Positions 40,371 to 52,256 of a DNA stretch of 64,000 bases are shown here, piece after piece. Origin of the DNA: Tubulanus polymorphus. Taxonomy: Eukaryota > Animalia > Nemertea. A model generated the notes under the pieces. That model had not been told where the DNA came from. It searched no databases and was given only the letters and a program-made list of their open reading frames with translations. The translations under genes were made by a program, and so were the position numbers. Position 1 is the first letter of the stretch. Every line of letters begins with the position of its first letter. Where the stretch lies: contig NC_134030.1 of NCBI RefSeq assembly GCF_964204645.1, positions 9,823,222 to 9,887,221 of the forward strand, read 5' to 3'.

Positions 40371-43300
40371 ATGAGCGAAAAACAAGATGCGAAAGAGAAA
40401 GAGAATTTGAAAACGGCGGCTCTTGACTTCGCTAATGAAACGAACTTCCACGGAGTGAAATATATCGCCCACTCGCCAACCTACTTCACTAGGTAAGTAG
40501 CTCATTCACCAACCTAATTTCAGAACTAGGTAAGTTTTCTCAAATGAGGTAACTATTACGTCTAATTACCAGTTCGATGTTGATTAACAATCACTGTTGA
40601 GTTAACTCATCATTTACTCTATCGATGTAATTTTGTTCTAGATCAATGTATTTTCCTGTGATTCGTATTTTCAAAGCAGTTGAAATAAATAACATGCGCG
40701 ATGCAAAAAAAGAACGTGAATACAAAACAACGGTTACAATGAAAATTGGGCACCGGTAATTTCGTGTTCAGGGAGGTGTACTGAACAGTCCCACATATGG
40801 TGCCAACATGCCATGCATAACAAACTAAAATTCCGAACATAAGCGAAATCCAGCGACTGCGAACCTACGGACTTCTGTGGCAATCGAGGATTCCTGAAAT
40901 TCGGACGAGGATCCACCAGGTTCGCTAGTAGTAACTCAGTCTTTTGCGATCGATTTCTTCTACATTTTAGATAAAACTGAATGAACTTGTTCTTACATTA
41001 GTCCAAATCCGAGTCTGGTTGATATCTGAGTCGAAAAAAGAAGTCACTGTATATTTGGTGGGTCCTGTTTTATTTTGATTTGCGAGCCTAAAAATTTAGT
41101 TCAAAGCTGAGTGCTCGCCATTATCCATCTGGCATGGATAGCTGTTGTTGTGGGTTCTCGTTGTAATTTGAACTACCGGTAGTAAAAAGTTTAATAAAAG
41201 TAGAAATATTTCGGATGCTTGCTCCTTCTGTATAAAATGGTATAATGTGTAATAGAAATGAACCTTAAATTTTTTTTTCTTTTTGTTATACTTATCATTT
41301 TAGACTGGTGACGAAGGGTGGTGTCAGTATCTAACCGAAATATTTCTGCTTAGTTGAAATAGATTTGATGATTCTTTATTCAGTGTTGATGATGACATTG
41401 ATACATAATTTGTGTACAGTGCATAATTCATGTCTAAAAAAAACTAATTTGAACACACACAACATTTGAACAACTGGTTATCAAAATCTTAAAATCTACC
41501 CTTGAACCTAAGAACGGTGGCTTTTTGTTTGTATGACTTTATAAAGTATTGTAATCCATTTCAGGTTGATTTGGTTGATATTATTTTTGGGGATGACCGC
41601 AGTACTATGTTATCAGATATATGATCGCACCACGTTTTATCTTTCGTGGCCTGTAACTTCTGTTATATCAATGGGAAAACCAGAAACCGGGGAAATCTCA
41701 TTCCCCGCTGTCACTATCTGTAATACAAACACTTTCAGGTATCGTCTTGCTTTCAATTACAAATGTTGAATTCGTAAACTACTACTGGCAAACTGTACAC
41801 TCACAATGAGCGAACAAGAAATAGTTTATAATTCATAACAATACCAGTACTCGAAATCATCCTCTGAACAAATGTGGATCATTGAATTTAATTGTTCAAA
41901 ACGATACATTTATTTATTATTTAAAATATTTATTTGTTACAAGTTGATTTGATGATAACATTGTAAATGAAAATAGACTTAAGTTTTTCTCTCGATTTTG
42001 TAAGAAACTGTCTTCGTTTAAAGGTTGTCTGATGTAGAAGCGGCCGGGATTTATGAGCAGATATCGGGATTTTACAGCGACAAAGGACAGAACTCTTCAT
42101 CAGCTTCTGTCGTACCAATTGATTTACACTATTTGATGTTAAACATGAGCCACAAAATAGAAGATTCAATCAAAGAAGCGTCGTTTCAATGCCAAGAATT
42201 GAGTACGAATAATTTCACTGCGATATTTACCGATTACGGCTTGTGTTATAGTTTCAACGTCGACCCATCGCGACAGGTTTCCTCACGAGGAACGGGTAGG
42301 TTTTAGAAAAACTAAGAATCATTAAGACGCCTATCAAACGCATGTCAAACACGAAAGGGCAGCACTTGTAGACAATGAAATAGTTAAGACCAATAGAATG
42401 TAATATAGAACTGTAAAGCTGTATCGGAATAAAGAAGTTTCAAGTTTCTATAGGCGCCATTTTGTGGCGGTCCCTCGAGATCCCCATTTTTGCGATAACT
42501 TCGTCCACGCTTTTTTGAAACATAAGTTTAGATTGAATTCCAAATAGCGCATAGAAACATGAAATTTCGTTATTCTACACAAATCGTTTGGATTATTTTC
42601 AAGGCCAAATAATTAGGAAAGTTCATGATCATGGTGTATTGCAAGTTTTTCGTATGTTACTTTATGTCAGAAGTCAGTCAGAATAGCAAATAAAGCAAAT
42701 AAGCAAAATGAAAAACACTTATCACACTGATGTATGCTAATGAAGCTATATGAATATTCATTAGGTATCGCATTCGGATTGAGTCTATTGGTAAATCAGG
42801 AGACTTATCAGACAATGAGAGGTGAACACAAGGCATCGGGATTACGGGTTCTCGTTCACGATAAGAACGAAGTTCCTCGAGTAAAAGATCTGGGACTTTT
42901 TGTACCCGCAAAAATGACGGCCATTGTTGGTATCAATACGCTACAGGTAGGGGAAAACTGGACATTGACACTGCACAATTATTTGTTAAAAGCGATTGAA
43001 AATTAAATTGTCGAATTTTTGGTGATTCGTTTCGGGATGTTGTCTATACATTCGGGGCCCGTTGTACAGTCGTGACTTATACCCAACAGTGGTCTCCAAA
43101 TCTCGAAACCGGTCTTTTGTTGTTAGATTGCCCATATTTAATTAAGGTCCTAAACTTACGCCATGACTGTTCAACAGACCCCTGAAATAGGAGAAAATTT
43201 GGTGGATTAAAATGTGAAAAACTGTATTGGAATATGCGTGAGCAATTGATTGATTTTTCAGACGACTGAACTACCTTATCCGCACGGTACCTGTAAGCAT

Positions 43301-46300
43301 GGCGTCGCTTCGTTAGAAACGTGTTTGAGACAATGTCACATTAGAATAGCTGGCGATGTTTGTCGGTGTTTGCCTTATTACGCAGAACTAAATCAATTCG
43401 ATGGAATGCCATACTGCAGCATGAAAAAACACCGCGATTGTATGCAACCAGAACTGTGTACGTTTTAATCATTTAAGCGTTTGTGAATATTTACTTAAAC
43501 TCAATATTCTTTCTATGTGGTTAAACTACGCAAATCTGCTTTTGAATTTCCATAACGAATACCTCTCTGAATCACTAAATCACTATTACTGCTATGTTTA
43601 ACAGGCGCCAGTTCAGTTGTTCAAAAGTTGGTTAGAGTTAACCAGCGGATAGTTGATTTAGTGACAATTAAAAGTTCTTTGTTACTATATGGTATTTATC
43701 CGCTGGTTATCTTTTAAGCATCTTTTTAGCAACTGACCCGGCTCCTGACTATATCATTTACAGAAAATGTGTACACATTACTTCGTACAAATTAACTATA
43801 ACATTTGCATATTGTATGTAGTTACAGTAAAACAGAACGCGTTTTATTGAATGCTAAGTTTTTCAGAGTAAGTTTAATTAGATATTCTTAATTTATATTT
43901 CAGCCGAAGTAACACGGAATTCATCATCAATTTGTAATTCGGAATGTTCAATTCCTTGCGAGAAAATCTCGTACGATTCGCAAATTAGTTATTCGTCGCT
44001 ATCGTCCTATATGGCTAAAACAATATCGGCCAAATACAGCAAAGAAGAAACTCTGGTCTCCGACTATCAGACTTCAATCGACGCTTTACATCGGGTCGAC
44101 TCGAAAATAAAAACCAAAGACCTCGAGATAATCTCGAAATTCAACGACGATTTGGTCGACATCAAATCGCAAATAGATGATTTGGTGACGTTTCTGAAAG
44201 TCGAAACCGATACGGTCAGCGCTGCGTCGACGAATATGTACAACGCATTATGGATTATCGTGAAAGAACTGGAAAAAACAAAGAAAAACTATATAAAAGT
44301 ATCGGCGGTTGATCGAGTGGAACCGATGATTTTAACTCCGTTAGCCGAATTCAGACAAGCGTTAAAGTTAGAGGTTCCACCGCTGTTAGGTATAATGGAA
44401 GACTATCTGTTATCACAGATAGGAACGAAAGATGAATATCTTGAAAGCTCCGAAAAAGTATTCGATATTTTCGATCGAATTTCCGACGTTCAATTTCGAG
44501 TCTATAATGAATTTCATGACGTCTATCTGAGTCTGAAAGAAGAGAGCGAAAAACCGAAAGACGCGGATCCCTTGAGGCGTTTTCCTGCTGTATTACTAGC
44601 CGACGAGCTGGGAAAGATTAAAGGAACTATAGACCAACTTGCGGATGGAACGAACGCTTTGATTGCGGTTTCGAACGAAACTGCTAAAAAAATCCGGGCT
44701 TTCGAAACCCAATCGCCGACTGCGTCCGAATGGGCGGAGTTTGAAAATTCGATTCAAAACTACACGAACTACGCTAGCGATATCGGCGATACCGCTTTGA
44801 CACTTTCCGATAGACTCGAGTATATTCTAACGGCTGTACAAGACACGGTGGCTAAAATTAACACTCATCAATTAGCTATTGACTTCGCGTACACTAGATT
44901 AATGAATGCTCTTGACTACATTCAGCCAGATCCGTCGACAGATATCGATCTGCAAATAATCATAGACGAGGCGGACAAAAACTTTTCTCGACGTTTTCAA
45001 AATGTAACCAACAACGGTGAAGTCATCGGGAGGATGACGGACGTTCTAGAAGCGTGTGAGGAGATTTATCTCATCGAAGGCTTGCTATGGATATTGGACG
45101 ATTTTTTGACGTATGAGATTCCATCAATCACATCGGCCTATCAAGAACTTAAAAAGTAACGTATCCAAGTGTGAACTGATTTGAATTTAATTTCTTTCCG
45201 TAATACTCTGTCGGCTTTCGGCAATGGTGGCCCTGGCAGCTGCCATAATAAAAAGATGTTAATCATAGGTTAAAAATCTAAAAGTTACGGAAGTGTCCTG
45301 GGGACATGAAATGAAAATATCTTCAGAATTAATTCTGATTAGATAAAACGTGTTTTTTAACTAGATTTACTCCCAGATGGTATCTCGGAATGAAATATCC
45401 AACATCGAATAAAAATCAAAATTTCCGAATCAAGTTATCCGAATGAAATGAAACTTGTAAGAGTAAAGAAAACGTTTTCCGTATTAATTCCAAGATGATA
45501 TCTCGGAGTTATATCAAAAAACTATTTCATTCTAATATATAATACTTTATTCCGATATATTCTTGGATGTAATCGGAGCAAAATCAGTGGGCAGCCACGC
45601 GTGACGCCCGAGGCGGACAGATTACCGGATCGAACCCCGTCCGTTCGAAGTTTTCACGTAGTCGATCAACTTGATTTTAGGCTCCCGAATCCAGTTGTTC
45701 ATTAAACGAATCATCGACTAGCAATAGATTTACTTTCCCCTATGTTTTTGGTATTGTTTTCACTGATTTTTATGTTTTAAGAGATACTAAATGTACATCT
45801 GATGCCCAAATTTTCAGAATTTTCTTTTGAGCAGGGCTTTTCAATCGGCTAATGAGTACTTGGATATGAAAGTAGTAGGGGTTTCAACATTTCCATCAAC
45901 GAGTGAAATAGCAACTCGAATCATACCGACAATAGGAAGCTTTGTCAGCAACGCCGAAGAGCAAACTGAATTTATCAGCACGATGGCTCGCACTCTGAAG
46001 TCGGCGCACAGGAAAACAACTGAATCAAAAATCAAACTTGTTGAACACATGAGAAAATTTAATGAATCGATACAAATCGATGAAACCTTCATTCGGTAAG
46101 TGAGAGCCGGTGGTATTTTCAAAAAGCAACTAAAACACGAATCAAGTTTTTCATTCTATGAATCTTCTTGCATCGCAAACAACAGGTACAGACAGCAGGT
46201 CGTCTGAGAGGATACAGGGTACAGACAGCAGGTCGTCTGAGGGGGTGCAGGGTATACAGACAGCAGTTTGTCTGAGAGGATACAGGGTACAGACAGCAGG

Positions 46301-47329
46301 TCGTCTGAGAGGATACAGGGTATTGACAGCAGGTTGTCTGAGAGGGTGCAGGGTACAGACAGCAGATTGTCTAAGAGGGTGCAGGGTACAGGCAGCAGGT
46401 TGTCTGAGAGGGTGCAGGGGATACAGACAGCAGATTGTCTGCGAGGGTGCAGGATGTTTTGGAATACAGGCAGCGGATTTGCTAAGGGGTTTGGCGCATA
46501 TAGCGGATTGTCTGAGGGGGAATTGAGGGCCAGACAGCTGTCTAAGCGGTCTCAATTCGAGCCTCTTTTGGGTCAAAAGAGCACACGTACTCTTTAAGAT
46601 CTGTTTTTCTCATCTCAATTTTCAGAAATAACTTTGTTTATGTAAACGTTTTCTTTCGAACGATGGAAATTCAGAAATTGTCGAAATCGGAAGCGTACTC
46701 TTGGTTTTCATTAGTTTGTAAGTAACAACAAATTAGAAAATTTTTCCTTCCATTGTTGAACAATAACCATCGATGAAATGCTCTTAGTCCCTAATATAGA
46801 AAATCCCAAATTCAGAAAAGAAAAACGAGTTGGGTTTGTTTAGTAAACGATACATTTTCCGGGTTTTGACTATATCAATCATTTTGAGATTAGAAAGAAT
46901 TCCATATTCCTGATGATGCAGTCAAAACTTCGAAAGTAGATCATTAGCTAAAGGAAACTTTTTCGGACTTTCATTTTTTTTTTCTTTTCTGAGTGTTTGA
47001 TTTTCTATATCATAATTGAGTATATAAGGTTTTTCTTCATTTCTGACAAGAAGGCTTAACAAACGATCATACAACAGCAAACAGATCATCAAATCGATTG
47101 GAAACAGTTAACACTTTCGTAACTAATGTCATGATTGTATTGAACAGGTGATATTGGTGGAACCGCCGGATTATATCTCGGTGCGTCTTTACTGGCGCTT
47201 GTTGAGGTTTTATTTTTCGTCGGGAATCAAATGATCAATTCATTCGCGCGAAACAGAAACAAACCGAACGAAGTAAATCCACATCCGGATTATGTCGTCA
47301 GAAGGAGCCCGGTGACCACAATTATGTAA
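40371..47329 (+). CDS. DEG/ENaC (ASIC/FaNaC superfamily) sodium channel subunit, ~910 aa, with giant knuckle insertion; exons 40371-40492, 41565-41738, 42024-42295, 42765-42946, 43262-43457, 43904-45155, 45835-46095, 46626-46717, 47148-47329
   Basis: Pre-TM1 HG motif (TNFHG), TM1 LIWLILFLG.., FPAVTICN, GLCYSFN, GLRVLVH, 10-Cys thumb, NFVYVNVFF, and TM2 CDIGGTAGLYLGAS with the GAS filter. All eight introns are GT-AG with matching phases; total 2733 nt. The exon 7 acceptor (GAGCAG at 45834) is the least certain junction. Confidence 0.88.
43904..45155 (+). CDS. Large internal exon 6 of the DEG/ENaC gene (end of thumb, beta10, and most of the helical insert)
   Basis: Begins ..ICNSECSIPCEKISYDSQISYSSLS and runs open into the 382-aa ORF 44011-45159. 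Donor is AA|GTAACG. Confidence 0.85.
46186..46520. repeat. ~33-bp intronic tandem repeat, ~10 copies
   Basis: Unit GACAGCAGGTCGTCTGAGAGGATACAGGGTACA within intron 7 of the channel gene. Confidence 0.9.
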
Positions 47330-47480
47330 AACTCAACGGGATAAATCTATTCGAGTTAGACACGTATGAAGAATGAACCCCCAGCAAAGTGTACGTTCAC
47401 TGCATTCGGTACCACGGGGCGGTAATTATTTCAACAAGTTGAGAATCAGGGATTTCAGTAGTGCTATGACTGCTATACAT

Positions 47481-49290
47481 ATTTCACCGAGATAATCAGG
47501 GAACTCGGTAGCGTTGAGCATGCTGTAAATATTTCATCGAGACCATCAGGGAACACGGTAGCGTTGAGCATGCTGTGAGTATTTCACCGAGACAATCAGG
47601 GAACACGGTAGCATTGAGCATGCTGTAAATATTTCACCGAGACAATCAGGGAACTCGGTAGCGTTGAGCATGCTGTAAATATTTCATCGAGACCATCAGG
47701 GAACACGGTAGCGTTGAGCATGCTGTGAGTATTTCACCGAGACAATCAGGGAACACGGTAGCATAGAGCATGCTGTAAATATTTCACCGAGACAATCAGG
47801 GAACTCGGTAGCGTTGAGCATGCTGTAAATATTTCACCGAGACAATCAGGGAACACGGTAGCATTGAGCATGCTGTAAATATTTCACCGAGACAATCAGG
47901 GAACTCGGTAGCGTTGATCATGCTGTGAATATTTCACCGAGACAATCAGGGAACTCGGTAGCGTTGATCATGCTGTGAATATTTCACCGAGATAATCAGG
48001 GAACACGGTAGCGTTGAGCATGCTGTAAATATTTCACCGAGACCATCAGGGAACACGGTAGCGTTGAGCATGCTGTGAGTTTTTCACCGAGACAATCAGG
48101 GAACACGGTAGCATTGAGCATGCTGTAAATATTTCACCGAGACAATCAGGGAACTCGGTAGCGTTGATCATGCTGTGAATATTTCACCGAGACAATCAGG
48201 GAACACGGTAGCGTTGAGCATGCTCTAAATATTTCACCGAGACCATCAGGGAACACGGTAGCGTTGAGCATGCTGTGAGTATTTCACCGAGACAATCAGG
48301 GAACTCGGTAGCGTTGAGCATGCTGTAAATATTTCACCGAGACAATCAGGGAACACGGTAGCGTTGAGCATGCTGTGAGTTTTTCATCGAGACAATCAGG
48401 GAACTCGGTAGCGTTGAGCATGCTGTGAGTATTTCACCGAGACAATCAGGGAACTCGGTAGCGTTGAGCATGCTGTGAGTTTTTCACCGAGACAATCAGG
48501 GAACTCGGTAGCGTTGAGCATGCTGTAAATATTTCGACGAGACAATCGGGGAACACGGTAGCGTTGAGCATGCTGTAAATATTTCACCGAGACAATCAGG
48601 GAACTCGGTAGCGTTGATCATGCTGTGAATATTTCACCGAGACAATCAGGGAACACGGTAGCGCTGAGCATGCTCTAAATATTTCACCGAGACCATCAGG
48701 GAACACGGTAGCGTTGAGCATGCTGTGAGTATTTCACCGAGACAATCAGGGAACTCGGTAGCGTTGAGCATGCTGTAAATATTTCACCGAGACAATCAGG
48801 GAACACGGTAGCGTTGAGCATGCTGTGAGTTTTTCATCGAGACAATCAGGGAACTCGGTAGCGTTGAGCATGCTGTGAGTTTTTCACCGAGACAATCAGG
48901 GAACTCGGTAGCGTTGAGCATGCTGTGAGTTTTTCACCGAGACAATCAGGGAACTCGGTAGCGTTGAGCATGCTGTAAATATTTCGACGAGACAATCGGG
49001 GAACACGGTAGCGTTGAGCATGCTGTGAGTATTTCACCGAGACCATCAGGGAACACGGTAGCGTTGAGCGTGCTGTAGATATTTCACCGAGACCATCAGG
49101 GAACTCGGTAGCGTTGAGCATGCTGTAAATATTTCACCGAGACAATCAGGGAACTCGGTAGCGTTGAGCATGCTGTAGATATTTCACTGAGACAATCAGG
49201 GAACACGGTAGCGTTAAGCATGCTGTGAGTATTTCACCGAGACCATCAGGGAACTCGGTAGCGTTGAGCATGCTGTGAATATTTCAGCGA
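47481..49290. repeat. 50-bp minisatellite, ~36 copies
   Basis: Unit ATTTCACCGAGACAATCAGGGAACTCGGTAGCGTTGAGCATGCTGTAAAT with exact period 50 and no unique spacers. Confidence 0.97.
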
Positions 49291-50281
49291 GTTAACAATC
49301 AGTGAACTTTGTAGCGCTAAGACTGATGTCTATATCTCACCGAGTTGCCAATCGAGGGAATGGATTGAATATTGTTTTAACTGGACTGAATTCTAGAAAC
49401 ATTTGCGACTTGCGAACGAAGAATTGGAGCGACTTTCTGTAAAGTAAAAACGTCACGTTTGACGGTGAATTGATGTACAATATGACGCATGTTAACAATA
49501 CGTGTGAAATCTATGAATAAGGTAAATTTTAAGTGGACTGTATTGACGATAGAGTGGTAAATTACTTTGAAATTGTCTGCTTTTAATATTTTCATATTTC
49601 GCTGTAAAGTTTAAATTGACCGAATAAAAACATAGCATAATAGAAATAGATTATTTTGGATTTTTTGTCTCCTCAGTGAGTCTGGACAGAACCCGTTCTC
49701 CGTTTGTGTTGGTGTTAGGGAGTCGATTAGGATTTCAGATGAAATGCACTGCCCAGTGTACCGTATGGTGCTGCCGCTATGGTCATCGTTAGCGGTTTTT
49801 CACGCACTAACACCGACAGATTCTGACAGGTTGATAACCGATTTCAGTTTTTCATTTCAAAACTATAATACATCATCAAGATCTTAGATTATCGAATGTG
49901 AAAGAATGTCACTATAGTCGTTCATAGTGGTTTATGAAAGTAGTGAGGCAGCATGATAACTGGGGTCTGTCCATCTTACGTAATAGTGCATGAGAAAATC
50001 CGGCGCTGTCGATAAGCATAGCGGCAGGACCCCAAGGCGAAGTGTGTGCCTGAAATAGTATTGCCTCTATCGTGTATGTGACAATAGAGCACAAATGAAT
50101 CCTTTAAAGGAACCGATCGCGATAGATTGAACACGAACAATAGATAGTAATCGACTTTTTTATTTTATCCGATGATCGATTTTTTCTACCGGCCGCAGTC
50201 ACCCGGAAGTAGTACAGGAATATAAACAAATTGGCGGCTTTTTGAATCGCGGGGATTACGGTTCAGGGTTTAGGGTCTACA

Positions 50282-50423
50282 TGACACCTCTGACCACCGT
50301 CGATACCAGATCCTCTGATGCCCGATACCCCTGACACCTCTGACACCGTGACACCTCTGACCACCGTCGATACCAGATCCTCTGATGCCCGATACCCCTG
50401 ACACCTCTGACACTGTGACACCA
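50282..50423. repeat. 67-bp tandem duplication
   Basis: TGACACCTCTGACCACCGTCGATACC... twice. Confidence 0.85.
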
Positions 50424-51227
50424 GAACCGTCGGAAGGAATTTTTCAGTGGCGAGGCTTATTTCTGAAGGCTTATTTTACGGCCTCATTCACAGAAGCATG
50501 AGAAGTCGTGAGCCAACCACCTAGTACAGAGAACGACGAGCTGCTACGCGGTACAGCGTGCTTTTGAAAAAATTTTTTGTTATGCAAAAAAATGGGGTGG
50601 CTTTGGCCGCCCCTGCCGCCCCTGTTCCGACGGCCCTGCAATCAATACTTCGATAAAAAATACATCAAATGATACACAAGATGCTGCATGATTGGAGTTT
50701 CCCATAGAAGCCATATATTATTATACATATACCATTACATTATCCTTGGCCGTGTCGGGTCTGCTCACAGAAAAAGCTACGAAAGTTCAATAATAGAATA
50801 TCTTAATGAAATAAAATATTATGTTGTTTGGCACAGATTGAAGAGTTCTACGTCTTTATCGATTTTTCGGTTGAGTGTTTCATATTCTTACTCGATAAAC
50901 AAATTTCGTTTGAAAAAAAAGAATCCGTCGATATTTCTTCGAGAATATATCATATTTCTGGTCATCTATCGAACCGAAAGTACGATCGATAAATCGATGC
51001 TACCAATCAGCCACCGGAGAATAGACGTGTCAATGCAACAGATTTTACCAACCATTTAAAAAACTGCTCTTCTCAGAAGAACAGAAAGACAGGCGTGCGC
51101 GCGATGGATAGTTTCGACGTATAGTAGATCAAATAGCTGTTACACAGTCAACTGTATGAAGAGGAGTAATCAATGGACACATTGGGAACGAAAGCAGCTG
51201 TCGTAGGAATTATTACGAATAAATACC

Positions 51228-51390
51228 ATAATATAAAGTGGCTGGGATCGTAGGGCCGTGTGTAGAATCACCTAATATAAAGTGGCTGGGGATCATGGGG
51301 CCGTGTGTAGATTCACCTTATATAAAGTGGCTGGGATCGTGGGGCCGTGTGTAGATTCACCTAATATAAAGTGCCTGGGATCGTGGGGTT
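51228..51390. repeat. ~44-bp tandem repeat, 3-4 copies
   Basis: TAATATAAAGTGGCTGGGATCGTGGGGCCGTGTGTAGATTCACC units. Confidence 0.85.
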
Positions 51391-51938
51391 GTGACCTGGC
51401 CTGTCTATGGATTCTATAATATTTCATCTTCTTCCAGGGATCTAAACTGTCGCTGACATCAATCGTTGGCATCACTATGGGGATTTTCAATCGATATTCA
51501 AATTTATCAACTGGAACGAATGATCAACGTTTCGCAGCGCACTATAATTGAAACGCAGTCTCAAATGTTTTGTGACTTTCTCAAAATGTATCAAAAATTT
51601 AAGTAATTTTTAGTTCATAAGTCTTCAAATATTCAAATATGAACAGTTAAAAATTGTTGAAACATGTCGACTCAGCCGTAAAATCAACCCATTCACAGTC
51701 CCGAATGTGGGATAATGTCGGGCTTTAGAGAACATAATGCCCCCGAGGTCTTCACATTTACAGATATGATTATGTAAGCGTGTCGCGCGTTACACCGGAT
51801 AGGCACACAATAGAAATGTGAGCCGCACGTTCATTGATCATCACCAATTAAGAGGACCGCTATTGTGAAAATTGACTGCGGGAGGAATATTCCTCCCAAA
51901 GTCAATCGATGGAAACTTGACCAAGGGGTCTGATATGT

Positions 51939-52256
51939 CCAGACGTAACTAAAGCCTAAATGGTCCAACAAGGATTTCAGATAGAAAGTTTCTTTGTCTA
52001 TGATCCGTTTCAAGGTCTTGATTCATGATAGCCAAGGAAAATTTATGAGAACTACTGCCAATGTTAATAAAACATTAAGCTTTCAATTCAGTGACATCAT
52101 ACATTTTTCATGGGCTTAAAACAATTAAAATCGCTATTAATGAATTCAGAAAAGTGATTAATTTTAAGTTCATTTCATTACATATAATGAATATATCAAG
52201 AACTGTCATGAAAGAACTCATGCAAGTGGTCAATGAATAAACTTACTAGTGATGAA
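51939..52256 (+). repeat. ~318-bp dispersed repeat, second copy at 60439-60758
   Basis: Near-identical sequence CCAGACGTAACTAAAGCC...GATGAA at both sites. Confidence 0.92.

Noticed and set aside
44011-45159. Stand-alone 382-aa coiled-coil gene
   Set aside because: The frame is continuous upstream with DEG/ENaC thumb/beta10 sequence from the acceptor at 43903, so it is an internal exon.
46151-46597. Overlapping ORFs of 109-141 aa
   Set aside because: Products of a 33-bp tandem repeat within an intron.
47481-49290. CRISPR-like array
   Set aside because: Units are contiguous with no unique spacers, there are no cas genes, and the context is eukaryotic; it is a minisatellite.
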